This document shows, piece by piece, positions 46,980 to 56,984 of a stretch of 64,000 bases of DNA. Within the stretch, counting starts at the first letter, position 1. Each line of letters starts with the position of its first letter. Below the pieces are notes generated by a model. It was given only the letters and a program-made list of their open reading frames with translations. It was not told where the DNA came from and made no database searches. The position numbers and the translations under genes were made by a program. This DNA comes from Patescibacteria group bacterium (lineage in GTDB: Bacteria; Patescibacteriota; CPR2; UBA1875): NCBI GenBank assembly GCA_041737595.1, contig JBGSRK010000010.1, positions 46,393-110,392 of the forward strand, given 5' to 3'.

Positions 46980-48330
46980 GATAAAAGAATTAAAACTTAA
47001 TAAAGGGAATGCCTGGGTTGGGATTTTAATTATGTTAGTTATAATAACAGCGCTTGGTCTTTCATTGATTGCAGAAGTATTAGGGACAATTATTGCATCA
47101 AAAAAATCTGCACAAGTTATAACCGCTCAAGCTCTTTGTGATGCCGGAGTTGAAAAAGCAGTTTGGAAATTAAATCATGACACTAGCGGATATACTGGTG
47201 AAGATGATATTAATCTAGAAACTGGAATAATTGATATCGAGGTAACAAGTATTGATACTGAAACAAAGAGTGTACTTGTAACATCTTATGTCCCAGATAA
47301 AACAGATTCAAAAGTAACTCGAAAAGTGAGAGCCAAGGTTAAAGCAGATATAAACGAATCAAACATAAGTTTCCATTATGGTGTACAGGTTGGTGGTCTT
47401 GGAGTAACAATGTCAAATAATTCTAAAATATTTGGGAATGTTTATTCAGATGGGCCAATAATAGGTGGGGGGGGATCTAAGATAACTGGAGATGCTATTT
47501 CTTCTGGTCCGACCGGTAGTATTAGGGGTTCTGGTAATAGCCAAAGAATAACTATTGGGAATGATGCCAGGGCAAATACGCTTCAATATTTAAATATTAC
47601 AAGAGATGCTTATTATAATAATATTTCAAGTTCAACTGTAACCGGAATATCATATCCAGGGAGTACCAACCCTACACCCGTTGGATTACCAATCGACCAA
47701 AATACTATTGATACTTGGGAATCTTGGGCTCAAACTGGTTCAACTTATAATGGTAATTATACTCTTGATGGCAATAATAGCACTCTTGGACCAATAAAAA
47801 TTAATGGTAATTTAACTGTAATTAATGGTTCAGTACTTACCATGACTGGGGTTATTTGGGTTACAGGGAATATATCTTTTGCCAATAATGCCGTTATTAA
47901 ACTTGATCCATCATTTGGCCAAAATAGTGGGATGATAATTACAGACAGCCCGACAGATAAAGCAACTTACGGTAAAGTTGAAGTTTCAAACAATGTTAGA
48001 GTTTGCGGTTCATATACACTTGACCAGTGTTTAGATGATGACCCACCAGAAAATAATAAAAGTTATATAATGATTCTTTCTACAAATACAGGTTCAACTA
48101 CCTCAAACCCGGCTATTGATGCTGGTAACAATTCTAAGGCCGTAGTATATTATACAACTGTTGGGATGCTTGAGGTTGCAAATAACGGCAGACTTCGAGC
48201 AGTTACTGGTGGTGGGCTTCATCTTTCAAATGGTGCAGAAGTTCAATATGATATTGGGCTGGCGGATGCAAATTTTTCTGGTGGGCCAGGCGGATCATGG
48301 GTTTTAACAGAATGGCAAATAGTCCATTGA
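46972..48330 (+). CDS. large pilus-associated protein (PilX/tip-adhesin-like) with N-terminal TM
   Basis: 452 aa. N-terminal hydrophobic helix then a Gly/Asn/Thr-rich beta-rich domain. Sits in the pilin operon. Confidence 0.45.
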   Translation: MNKIKELKLNKGNAWVGILIMLVIITALGLSLIAEVLGTIIASKKSAQVITAQALCDAGVEKAVWKLNHDTSGYTGEDDINLETGIIDIEVTSIDTETKSVLVTSYVPDKTDSKVTRKVRAKVKADINESNISFHYGVQVGGLGVTMSNNSKIFGNVYSDGPIIGGGGSKITGDAISSGPTGSIRGSGNSQRITIGNDARANTLQYLNITRDAYYNNISSSTVTGISYPGSTNPTPVGLPIDQNTIDTWESWAQTGSTYNGNYTLDGNNSTLGPIKINGNLTVINGSVLTMTGVIWVTGNISFANNAVIKLDPSFGQNSGMIITDSPTDKATYGKVEVSNNVRVCGSYTLDQCLDDDPPENNKSYIMILSTNTGSTTSNPAIDAGNNSKAVVYYTTVGMLEVANNGRLRAVTGGGLHLSNGAEVQYDIGLADANFSGGPGGSWVLTEWQIVH

Positions 48331-48385
48331 GGAATTTATTCTTTTAAGTTAAAATTAGTTTACTAGGAGGGGTTCAATTAAAGAT

Positions 48386-49411
48386 CTGATTTACAAAAAA
48401 AAGGATGTTTTAGGACTAGATATCGGTGTAAGCACTGTTAAATTTGTCCAGCTTAAAGTTTCTGGCAAATTAACTAAACTGGTCGGTTATGGGAAAATTG
48501 AACTCCCTAAAGATATTATTATTGAAGGGATAATATCAGAACCGGAGAAATTAGCTGATATTCTAACAAAATCATTCAAAACACCTCCTTGGGGTAAAAT
48601 AACAGCTGAACGAGTAATTGCCTCTCTCCCGGAATCAAAATTATTCACCCGTATAATAGATTTACCAACTCTAACAAAAAAAGATATTACAGAAGCTATA
48701 AAATATGAAGTGGAACAATCGGTCCCTATCTCTGTAGATGATTTATATATTGATTGGCAAATAATAAATGAAACAAAAGATAAAACTACTGTTTTTCTAG
48801 CTGCCGCACCTAAAAGTATTGTTAATTCATATATGCAACTTTTTACGCTACTTAATCTTGATCCTATTGCACTTGAAATGTCTCTTGGAGCAATAGCAAG
48901 GTCAATGGTTTCAAATAAACAAAAAATTGAACCAGTTATAATATTTGATATTGGTGATCAATCATCAAATATTGCTGTTTTTGATTCTAATTTACAAGTA
49001 ACTGGGAGCCATCCGATTGGTGGTGGGACAATTAGACAACTTCTTGAAAATACTCTAAAAATTTCTGATAAAGAATCATACTTATTAACTAGAGGTGGTA
49101 TAAAGGGTAAAACAAAAGAGGCAGATATTATTCGTGCAGAAGTAGATAAATTAATTTTAGAAATTAAAAAGATCGATCAATACTATAAAGAAAAAACCAA
49201 TTATGATAAACCTTTAAGTGTTCTAATTTGTGGGGGGCTTGGATTTATGCCAGGTTTACCAGAATATTTAAAAGAACATGGGTATGAATCAAGGGTGGGT
49301 AATCCTTGGGTTAATATATCAATTTATCCAATAAAACCCGTCCCAAAAGAAGAGGTCCCTGGTTATGCAACGGCAATAGGTTTAAGTTTAAGAGGGCTTG
49401 AGAATGATTAA
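48386..49411 (+). CDS. pilM: type IV pilus assembly protein PilM (actin-like ATPase); start codon uncertain and non-canonical
   Basis: The frame open from 48359 encodes …KKDVLGLDIGVSTVKFVQLK… (PilM N-terminal ATPase motif). No ATG/GTG/TTG lies in frame between the upstream stop and the GTG at 48710, which is the track start. The AGGAGG RBS at 48366-48371 suggests CTG (48386) or ATT (48389). Confidence 0.65.
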   Translation: MIYKKKDVLGLDIGVSTVKFVQLKVSGKLTKLVGYGKIELPKDIIIEGIISEPEKLADILTKSFKTPPWGKITAERVIASLPESKLFTRIIDLPTLTKKDITEAIKYEVEQSVPISVDDLYIDWQIINETKDKTTVFLAAAPKSIVNSYMQLFTLLNLDPIALEMSLGAIARSMVSNKQKIEPVIIFDIGDQSSNIAVFDSNLQVTGSHPIGGGTIRQLLENTLKISDKESYLLTRGGIKGKTKEADIIRAEVDKLILEIKKIDQYYKEKTNYDKPLSVLICGGLGFMPGLPEYLKEHGYESRVGNPWVNISIYPIKPVPKEEVPGYATAIGLSLRGLEND

Positions 49412-49970
49412 AGTAAATTTATTACCAGAAGAAGCTAAAGAAAGTATTAACCAAGCTAAAAATAACTCCGCACTTGTAAATATTTTCATAAAAACTGTGT
49501 TTTTATTATTCTTAACAATAATATTCCTTGGTGGGTTATATTTTTATTATAAAGGTGCTCTAGATTCCAGTGTAAAAGTCCTTACTGAAAAACAAAAATT
49601 AATAGACCAATATGGGAATCTTCAAGAAACATCAAAAAAACTATCTGAAAGGTTAGATACAATAAAAAGAATCGATACAAATTCAAATAAATGGTCCGGG
49701 ATTATGACTGAAATCAATAAGGTGGTACCTGCGGGTATCTATCTTACGGGGCTAAAAATGGACTCAAACATTAAAAATCGTAGCCAAATTACTGGTTATG
49801 CTGTTTCAAAAAGAGAAGTAGCATCATTACAAGAAGCTCTAGAAAAATCTGATTTATTAGAATATGTAGATATTGAAGGTTCCCAAACTCAAACTGACCC
49901 CTCAAGTGGGCTAGAAAGAGAAAATTTTACTATTAGCCTAACCTTGAAACGTGAGGCGTTAGATGAATAG
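49398..49970 (+). CDS. pilN: PilN-like pilus assembly protein
   Basis: Single N-terminal TM after a short cytoplasmic segment. Coiled coil. Position after pilM. Confidence 0.6.
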   Translation: MRMIKVNLLPEEAKESINQAKNNSALVNIFIKTVFLLFLTIIFLGGLYFYYKGALDSSVKVLTEKQKLIDQYGNLQETSKKLSERLDTIKRIDTNSNKWSGIMTEINKVVPAGIYLTGLKMDSNIKNRSQITGYAVSKREVASLQEALEKSDLLEYVDIEGSQTQTDPSSGLERENFTISLTLKREALDE

Positions 49971-50541
49971 ACTAAGAAGTTTTAATATAATTATTTCTGT
50001 ATTGTTTTCATTAATGATAATATCTATTTTCGGTTTATTTATTATTGGATATATTTTAATTTCTGATAATAGATCTACTTTAGCTGAAAATGAATATAGA
50101 ATAAGTAAAGTAGATGAAGCAGAAGATAATCTTTCTTCACTTGAAAAAAGATATAATTTGATTAAAAATGATTTGATTAAAATAAATACAGCCCTCCCAG
50201 ATCAAAAAGATAGCTCATTAATAGTATCTGACCTAGATTCACTCGCAAATAGCTCTGGATTAAAACTAGTGTTAATTAAATCTGCTATCACGGGTAAAAA
50301 AAGTTCAAGTTCTGATTTAAGTCTATTACAAACAATTAAGGGTAAATATGGATATGAGATCCCAATAGAAATAAAAGTAGATGGAAGCTTTGGTAGTCTT
50401 TCAGATTTTATTTCTAAAATTGAATCATCTCAAAGATTATTGAATATTACTTATATTGATATTTCTAAGGTTAGTAGGACAGGAGACATGAGTGATAGTA
50501 TAGAAGCAAAAATTAAATTAACGGCTTATTTAAAAAAATGA
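49963..50541 (+). CDS. pilO: PilO-like pilus assembly protein
   Basis: N-terminal TM plus coiled coil. Position after pilN. Confidence 0.5.
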   Translation: MNRLRSFNIIISVLFSLMIISIFGLFIIGYILISDNRSTLAENEYRISKVDEAEDNLSSLEKRYNLIKNDLIKINTALPDQKDSSLIVSDLDSLANSSGLKLVLIKSAITGKKSSSSDLSLLQTIKGKYGYEIPIEIKVDGSFGSLSDFISKIESSQRLLNITYIDISKVSRTGDMSDSIEAKIKLTAYLKK

Positions 50542-50852
50542 AAACAAATAAAACCCAAAATTATAAAATAACAAATCTTAAAGAACTTGGGATTAAACTT
50601 TCCAACCAAAAAACTATGTGGCAAAATGGATTATTTTATGCCGTTATAATCTCTTTGGTTATATTTATATGTGCTATGAGCTATATTTTCTTTAGGCCAC
50701 TTAGCTCTGATATGAAACAAATAATTAATGAAGAAATAAATTCATCTAATGTAACCTTTAATGAAAAGGTGATAGAAGATTTAAGTAAAAAACAACAACC
50801 AATTAAATCATCTGAGACCACAGTCGGTAAAAACCCTTTTTTACCTTTTTAG
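50538..50852 (+). CDS. small single-TM protein in the pilMNO operon (PilP-like position)
   Basis: 104 aa, one TM helix, translationally coupled. Confidence 0.4.
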   Translation: MKTNKTQNYKITNLKELGIKLSNQKTMWQNGLFYAVIISLVIFICAMSYIFFRPLSSDMKQIINEEINSSNVTFNEKVIEDLSKKQQPIKSSETTVGKNPFLPF

Positions 50853-51451
50853 TCGCTCTTTGCTATTTTTTTACCCCTAGTTCTTCTTTCATTTTCTTCA
50901 AGTTCTTTAAGCTCCATTATTTTTCTTTGAAGACCGTCGGGATCATTTATATTATTAAAAATAAAATTTCTTAACTCTCCAGCTGTTTGAATTTCAAGAT
51001 TCCCATAATCTAGAGTTGTTTGGATAATTCCATGTTGCCCAAATGTAACATCTTCTACTTGGTCGAGATCAAGCACAGAAACTTTTCTTGAAAATAATCC
51101 AATTTGCTCAACCTCAACAATATGTTCATCTGTTAAAATCACGACATTATAGTATCTTAAAACCCATGAAGTATAAGGGTAGGTTATAAAAAATAAAATA
51201 GAGATAGATAAAATTATCTCAGGTAATAGATAAATAAAAGAGTCAGAGCCAGTTTTTTTTAATAAAATAAATAAAATGGTTGAGATAATAGAAAAGAAAC
51301 CTCCGATAATAAATGGTGTCAAAAGATAAAACCAATGTTTTCTTGTTATAATTAAAACATTTTCATCATCTTCTTGAGATTCAAAATATTTAAATTTTTT
51401 AAAAGCTGTTCCCACCTTAACTCCAATCCATCCCAGCAAAATAATAAACAA
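50849..51451 (-). CDS. membrane protein with bacterial PH domain (YdbS/YdbT-like)
   Basis: Two TM helices followed by a beta-rich region (…VVILTDEHIVEVEQIGLFSRKVSVLDLDQVEDVTF…). Confidence 0.5.
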   Translation of the reverse strand: MFIILLGWIGVKVGTAFKKFKYFESQEDDENVLIITRKHWFYLLTPFIIGGFFSIISTILFILLKKTGSDSFIYLLPEIILSISILFFITYPYTSWVLRYYNVVILTDEHIVEVEQIGLFSRKVSVLDLDQVEDVTFGQHGIIQTTLDYGNLEIQTAGELRNFIFNNINDPDGLQRKIMELKELEENERRTRGKKIAKSD

Positions 51452-51608
51452 TTACAAGAATATTTATTGAAGCAATAAAGGTAAACAAATAAAGTGTTTT
51501 AATACTAATATCTTTTGGCATTTTAAGTTTTATTACATGATAAATTAAAGTAATATACCAAATAAACCAAATTGCTAAAAAAAGAAATATTATATAGTTT
51601 ATATACAT
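51417..51608 (-). CDS. small hydrophobic protein (2 TM)
   Basis: 63 aa. Overlaps the next gene by 35 nt. Low confidence. Confidence 0.3.
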   Translation of the reverse strand: MYINYIIFLFLAIWFIWYITLIYHVIKLKMPKDISIKTLYLFTFIASINILVIVYYFAGMDWS

Positions 51609-51677
51609 CTTTTATAATTATACACCAATAATAGTCTTTCCAAAAAAATCATATATAAATTAAAAGTTTATAGTATT

Positions 51678-52703
51678 TTATAAAAGTTTTTGTTCGTCAG
51701 AAAAACTTAACCCAAGATGTTTTTTTGCCGCATTAGTAACTTTTCTACCCTTTGGGGTTCTTTCTAAAAATCCGATTTGTATAAGATATGGTTCATAAAC
51801 ATCCTCGATTGTGTCACATTCCTCGGCAGTAGCAGCGGAAAGAGTAGAAAGACCAACGGGCCCATTACCAAATTTTTCGATTATGGTTGTTAATAAATTT
51901 CTATCAGTAGCATCGAGGCCACGCTCATCTACTGCTAATCTTTTAAGGGCCTTTTCTGCAATATCTTTAGAAATCTCGCCTTTTTCTTTAACTTGAGCAT
52001 AATCTCTTACTCTCTTAAGTAATCTATTGGCAATACGAGGAGTTTTTCTTGACCTTTTTGCAATTTCTTCAGCCCCACCTTTATCAATCACAATATTTAA
52101 AATTTTAGCAGACCTTTTTATAATTTTTTCTATTTCACCTTCGTTGTAAAAATCGAGCCTTTCAACCATCCCAAACCTATCTCTTAGGGGAGATGACAAT
52201 AAACCTGCTCTTGTTGTTGCTCCAACAAGCGTAAATTTAGGAATATCTAGCCTAATAGATCTAGCAGATGGACCTTTCCCAATAATTATATCGAGCACAA
52301 AATCTTCCATTCCTGGGTATAAAACCTCTTCTACTACTTTATTTAGACGGTGTATTTCATCGATAAATAGAATGTCTCCCTCTTCGAGGTTTGTAAGAAT
52401 TGAAGCTAAATCCCCCGCTCTTTCAATTGCTGGCCCTGAAGTTACCCTAATATTTGAATTTGTTTCTGCAGCAATAACATGGGCTAAGGTAGTTTTACCT
52501 AATCCTGGAGGCCCATATAAAAGAACATGATCTATTGGTTCTGACCTTTTTTTTGCAGCAGAAATTGCAATCCCAAGATTATCTTTTATCTGCTCTTGGC
52601 CAACATATTCTGAGAATTTTCTTGGACGGAGACTTTCTTCGAAGTCTTCTTCCCCTTTAAATTCTTCTGCATCAGTTATATGTGTTTCTTCAAATTCTGA
52701 CAT
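51678..52703 (-). CDS. ruvB: Holliday junction branch-migration ATPase RuvB
   Basis: Walker [15 protein letters not shown] and the AAA+ sensor arrangement. 341 aa. Confidence 0.95.
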   Translation of the reverse strand: MSEFEETHITDAEEFKGEEDFEESLRPRKFSEYVGQEQIKDNLGIAISAAKKRSEPIDHVLLYGPPGLGKTTLAHVIAAETNSNIRVTSGPAIERAGDLASILTNLEEGDILFIDEIHRLNKVVEEVLYPGMEDFVLDIIIGKGPSARSIRLDIPKFTLVGATTRAGLLSSPLRDRFGMVERLDFYNEGEIEKIIKRSAKILNIVIDKGGAEEIAKRSRKTPRIANRLLKRVRDYAQVKEKGEISKDIAEKALKRLAVDERGLDATDRNLLTTIIEKFGNGPVGLSTLSAATAEECDTIEDVYEPYLIQIGFLERTPKGRKVTNAAKKHLGLSFSDEQKLL

Positions 52704-52726
52704 CTTTTTCCTTTTGGCTTGTCATT

Positions 52727-52786
52727 CTGAGTGGAACGAAGAATCTACTGCAAGATCCTTCACATTCATTCAGGATGACGATTATT
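52727..52786. repeat. ~60-nt palindromic element with terminal inverted repeats GTCATTCTGA…TCAGGATGAC between ruvB and ruvA
   Basis: The 5' arm GTCATTCTGA and the reverse complement of the 3' arm GTCATCCTGA differ at one position. Begins with the same GTCATTCTGA as the element at 9428. Confidence 0.4.
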
Positions 52787-53351
52787 ATCTTTTCCCTAAA
52801 TTTTTAATCATCCATTTAATTTTTTCATCATTTTCAGTAATTTCTTCAGGTATATTTTTTAAAGCATTAATAATTTCAGGTTTTTGAAAACCAAGACCAA
52901 AAAGAGCATCGATTATATCTGTGGCATCTGTTTGGGTAATTCCATTCAAATTAATATTAGTAAACCCAATTTTACCCTGAAGTTCAATAATGGCTTTTTC
53001 TGCAGTTTTTTTACCTACACCAGAAACAGCTGATAACATTGAAGAATCTCCTTTTAAGATTGAATCCTTCAAATTATCAATAGGAGCAGAACCAATAATA
53101 GCCAGCGCAACTTTTGGCCCAATCCCAGACACAGAAAGTAAATTTTTAAATAATTCTAACCCACTTTTTTCAGAAAAACCAAAAAGAGAAAATTGGTCTT
53201 CTCTAACGTGGGTATAAATATATAATTCAATTTCATTAACCTTAAGATCAATATTTACGGGTATATTAACTTCATATCCAACATTAGACACGTTTAAAAT
53301 AATTTTACCCACTTCTTGTTCTAATATAGTACCTTTTAAATATCCAATCAT
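52785..53351 (-). CDS. ruvA: Holliday junction DNA helicase RuvA
   Basis: N-terminal OB fold MIGYLKGTI, HhH motifs (LLSVSGIGPKVA), 188 aa. Confidence 0.9.
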   Translation of the reverse strand: MIGYLKGTILEQEVGKIILNVSNVGYEVNIPVNIDLKVNEIELYIYTHVREDQFSLFGFSEKSGLELFKNLLSVSGIGPKVALAIIGSAPIDNLKDSILKGDSSMLSAVSGVGKKTAEKAIIELQGKIGFTNINLNGITQTDATDIIDALFGLGFQKPEIINALKNIPEEITENDEKIKWMIKNLGKR

Positions 53352-53396
53352 ATTGCTATTCTACGCGACAGATTTGAAAAATAAAAGTAGACAAAA

Positions 53397-53879
53397 CTAT
53401 TTTATATTTTCGCGCCAGGTTTGAGCATGACAAATTGCAACTGCAAGTGCATCTGCTGCATCATCAGGTTTCGGAATTTCTTTTAGAGAAAGTAACGCTT
53501 TAACCATCTGCTGTATTTGATTTTTATCAGCTCTCCCATAGCCAGTTAAGGCCATTTTTACTTCTAGTGGAGTATATTCAAAAACCAAAAGGCCATTTTT
53601 CTTCCCAGCCAGTAAAATTACTCCCCTTGCATGACCAACTGCAATCGCTGTTTTTGCGTTTGCAGCAAAAAATAATTCTTCAACTGCAATATGATCAGGT
53701 TTATATTTTTTTATTATATCTGAAAGTTCATTAAATATTGTATCCAAACGGTCGTGAAGTGGTGTTTTTGCTGGCGTAGAGATAACTCCGTAATCTAAAA
53801 TATTATATTTTTGGCCTTCTTTTTTTAGTACCCCAAAACCAGTAGTTGCAGTTCCTGGGTCTACTCCAATTATTATCAT
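53397..53879 (-). CDS. ruvC: crossover junction endodeoxyribonuclease RuvC
   Basis: IIGVDPGTATTGFGV N-terminal catalytic Asp motif. 160 aa. Confidence 0.9.
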   Translation of the reverse strand: MIIIGVDPGTATTGFGVLKKEGQKYNILDYGVISTPAKTPLHDRLDTIFNELSDIIKKYKPDHIAVEELFFAANAKTAIAVGHARGVILLAGKKNGLLVFEYTPLEVKMALTGYGRADKNQIQQMVKALLSLKEIPKPDDAADALAVAICHAQTWRENIK

Positions 53880-54286
53880 TTAAACCACCAAATAAATAGT
53901 AACGAAATTCCAATTACAAAAATATCTGTACCTAAAAACAAAAATTCTTTAAAGTGAGGTTGTCTTTTTGTGTGCCATTGTCCTATTTTTTTATCATATA
54001 AAGGCGTATATATCATGAGTAAATCAACAATAATCCCACCACAAGCCCCAGCTAAAAATCCATTTATATTCCCAATATCTTGGTAAATAAAAAAAAGTAT
54101 AAAAAAAACAGTAAAAATACCATCAAGTGCCATTAAAATTCCTTTAGATTTTTTATTTTTAGGCCAAAAATGAGGTATTTTATCTAAAATAAAATGTAAA
54201 ATAATCCCAGCTAAAAACGCCCAGATTGGTGTTCCTATTCTCTGACCAAGTGCTCCACCGCTTAATGCATGAGAAAGGACTAACAT
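53876..54286 (-). CDS. hypothetical integral membrane protein
   Basis: 136 aa, 4 hydrophobic helices. Translationally coupled between yebC and ruvC. Confidence 0.4.
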   Translation of the reverse strand: MLVLSHALSGGALGQRIGTPIWAFLAGIILHFILDKIPHFWPKNKKSKGILMALDGIFTVFFILFFIYQDIGNINGFLAGACGGIIVDLLMIYTPLYDKKIGQWHTKRQPHFKEFLFLGTDIFVIGISLLFIWWFK

Positions 54287-55041
54287 TAAGAGATCTCCTC
54301 TAATATCTCATCAGAAATATCAAAGTTTGAATGAACTGCTACTACATCGTCTAAACCTTCAAGTGTATCCATGATTTTTAAAATACTTTCGGCTTTATCC
54401 TTATCACTTATTGCAACTTCTTTTTTTGGTATAAATGAAAGCTCAGCATTTTCTGAAATAACATTATTTTCCTCTAAATTTAGTTTTACCGATGAAAGTT
54501 CATTCGATTTAGTATATACCGTTATTTGATCTTCATTTTCTTCAAAATCATCTGCTCCAGAATCTAATATAATCAATTCTATTTCATCTTTATTTTTGTT
54601 TTGTGATTTAAGATTAATAGACAAAATACCTTTTTGATCAAAAAGATAAGAAACAGAACCACTATTTCCTAAGCTACCACCATGTTTTGTAAAAGCGGCT
54701 CTTATCTCACCCACTGTACGATTTTTATTATCAGAAGCTGTTTCTACTAAAACTGCTGTCCCTGATGGCCCATAACCTTCATATATAAATTCTTCAATCC
54801 TTACACCACTATCATCTCCCATTCCTCTCTTTATTGCTCTTTCTATATTTGAAAGAGGCATATTAACGGTTTTCGCTTTATCCATAGCTAAACGTAATGA
54901 AAAATTCATTTTAGGATCGTTACCACCTTGTTTCGCAGCAAGTGCTATCATATTTGCGACTTGAGTAAAGGATTTACCTTTTTTAGCATCAACAATAGCT
55001 TTTTTATGTTTAATACTCGACCATTTAGAATGTCCTGACAT
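54286..55041 (-). CDS. yebC: YebC/PmpR-family transcriptional regulator
   Basis: MSGHSKWSSIKHKKA signature N-terminus. Conserved synteny with ruvC. Confidence 0.9.
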   Translation of the reverse strand: MSGHSKWSSIKHKKAIVDAKKGKSFTQVANMIALAAKQGGNDPKMNFSLRLAMDKAKTVNMPLSNIERAIKRGMGDDSGVRIEEFIYEGYGPSGTAVLVETASDNKNRTVGEIRAAFTKHGGSLGNSGSVSYLFDQKGILSINLKSQNKNKDEIELIILDSGADDFEENEDQITVYTKSNELSSVKLNLEENNVISENAELSFIPKKEVAISDKDKAESILKIMDTLEGLDDVVAVHSNFDISDEILEEIS

Positions 55042-55170
55042 ATCTTTTAGCTCCTTCGGTATAAATTATATCACAAGTTATAATTGAGACGATTATTAGT
55101 TACTTTTATAATTTATAATTTGTATAATTTAATGGAAATTTTGGCCAAATTAAGCTATAATCTTTACGCT

Positions 55171-56949
55171 ATGAACATAGAAAACATTAGAAATTTTTGT
55201 ATAATTGCACATATTGATCACGGGAAATCAACACTAGCTGATCGTTTTTTAGAATTCACTGGAACTATTGAAAAAAGAGATATGAAAGAACAAACGCTAG
55301 ATACGATGGATATTGAAAGAGAACGTGGGATTACAATAAAGCTTCAGCCGGCAAGGATGGAATATAAGGGGCATATTTTAAATTTAATTGATACTCCAGG
55401 TCATGTCGATTTTGCTTATGAAGTTTCAAGATCACTTGCAGCTGTAGAGGGGGCAATTCTTATTGTAGATGCTTCTCAAGGGATAGAAGCACAAACACTA
55501 TCTACTTTATATGCAGCACTAGAAGCAAATCTTGAAATTATCCCAATACTTAATAAGATTGATTTACCTCATGCTGATCCAGAAAAAGTTTCTACAGAAA
55601 TTATTAATCTTCTTGGTTGCAAAAAAGAAGATATAATTTTGGCTAGTGGTAAAACGGGGACTGGGATAGAAGCAATTTTAGATAGAATTATTGAAAAAGT
55701 TCCAGCTGCAAAAAATAAACCTGATATTGGCCCAAAAGCATTAATTTTCGATTCCTTTTACGATTCGTATAAGGGAGTAATTACATATATTAGAGTTTTT
55801 AATGGCGAAATAAAAAAAGGAGACAAAATAAAACTTATGGCCGAAAATACCTTAGCAGAAGCTGTTGAAGTTGGGTATCTTACTCCTAAATTTGTAAAAA
55901 CAGATTGTCTTTCTGATGGTGAAATTGGTTATATCATAACTGGTCTTAAAGAAGTTCAAAAAGCTCGTGTTGGTGATACTGTAACCCTGTTAAATAATTC
56001 TGCTGAAAAACCTTTATCTGGTTACCAAACTGTAAAACCTTTTGTATTTGCTGGACTATTTACAATAGAAGGAGATGATTTTCCAATGCTTCGCGACGCA
56101 CTAGGGAAATTAAAACTTTCTGATTCATCCTTGGTTTATGAACCAGAAAATTCAATCGCTCTTGGTTTTGGTTTTAGATGCGGGTTTTTAGGACTTCTGC
56201 ATATGGAAATAGTAAAAGAAAGACTAGAACGAGAGTTTAATCTTGATTTAATAGCTACATCCCCTTCTGTATCCTATGAAGTTCTAAAAACTAGTGGTAA
56301 TCCATTTATCATAACTTCTCCATCAGAATTACCAGACAGATCAATAATAAAAGAGGTTAGGGAGCCATACGTTAAGCTCGAAGTTGTTTCCCCGTCAGAT
56401 TATTTAGGCCCAATTATGAAACTTGCTCAAGAAAGACATGGAATTTATAAAAATACTTCATATCTTGATGAGGAAAGGGCAGTTTTGGAATATGAAATAC
56501 CTCTCTCTGGTATAGTTACTGATTTTTTTGATAAATTAAAAAGCGCAACATCTGGATATGCTTCTCTAAATTATGATTTTTTAGGTTATAGGGCTGGAGA
56601 CCTCGTAAAAGTTGATATTTTAATTAATGGTCAATCTTTTGATACTCTTGCTCTAATAGTTAATCGACTAGATTCTCAAAGAATTGGTGATGAACTGGTT
56701 AAAAAATTAAAAGAATTAATTCCAAGACAAAATTTCAAAATTCCAATTCAGGCTGCCATAGGTGGTAAAATTATCGCACGCGAGGATATCCCTGCTTACA
56801 GAAAAGATGTTACGGCAAAACTTTATGGTGGAGATGTAACCAGAAAAAATAAACTTTTAGATAAACAAAGAAAAGGTAAAAAAAGAATGAAGAATGTTGG
56901 GAATGTTGAGATTCCGACAGATACTTTTATTAAACTTTTAAAAAATTAA
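55171..56949 (+). CDS. lepA: elongation factor 4 (LepA)
   Basis: G1 AHIDHGKST, DTPGHVDF, and the LepA C-terminal domain. The track ORF starts at 55084, but the homologous N-terminus begins at MNIENIRNF (55171). Confidence 0.9.
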   Translation: MNIENIRNFCIIAHIDHGKSTLADRFLEFTGTIEKRDMKEQTLDTMDIERERGITIKLQPARMEYKGHILNLIDTPGHVDFAYEVSRSLAAVEGAILIVDASQGIEAQTLSTLYAALEANLEIIPILNKIDLPHADPEKVSTEIINLLGCKKEDIILASGKTGTGIEAILDRIIEKVPAAKNKPDIGPKALIFDSFYDSYKGVITYIRVFNGEIKKGDKIKLMAENTLAEAVEVGYLTPKFVKTDCLSDGEIGYIITGLKEVQKARVGDTVTLLNNSAEKPLSGYQTVKPFVFAGLFTIEGDDFPMLRDALGKLKLSDSSLVYEPENSIALGFGFRCGFLGLLHMEIVKERLEREFNLDLIATSPSVSYEVLKTSGNPFIITSPSELPDRSIIKEVREPYVKLEVVSPSDYLGPIMKLAQERHGIYKNTSYLDEERAVLEYEIPLSGIVTDFFDKLKSATSGYASLNYDFLGYRAGDLVKVDILINGQSFDTLALIVNRLDSQRIGDELVKKLKELIPRQNFKIPIQAAIGGKIIAREDIPAYRKDVTAKLYGGDVTRKNKLLDKQRKGKKRMKNVGNVEIPTDTFIKLLKN

Positions 56950-56984
56950 ATCTAAATATTCCCCTTTCATTAATTTAATATGAA

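Noticed and set aside
51417-51451. Possible frameshift joining the 63-aa ORF (51417..51608) with the PH-domain membrane protein (50849..51451)
   Set aside because: The 200-aa protein already has the complete YdbS-like layout (short N-terminus, 2 TM, PH domain), so no N-terminal extension is needed.
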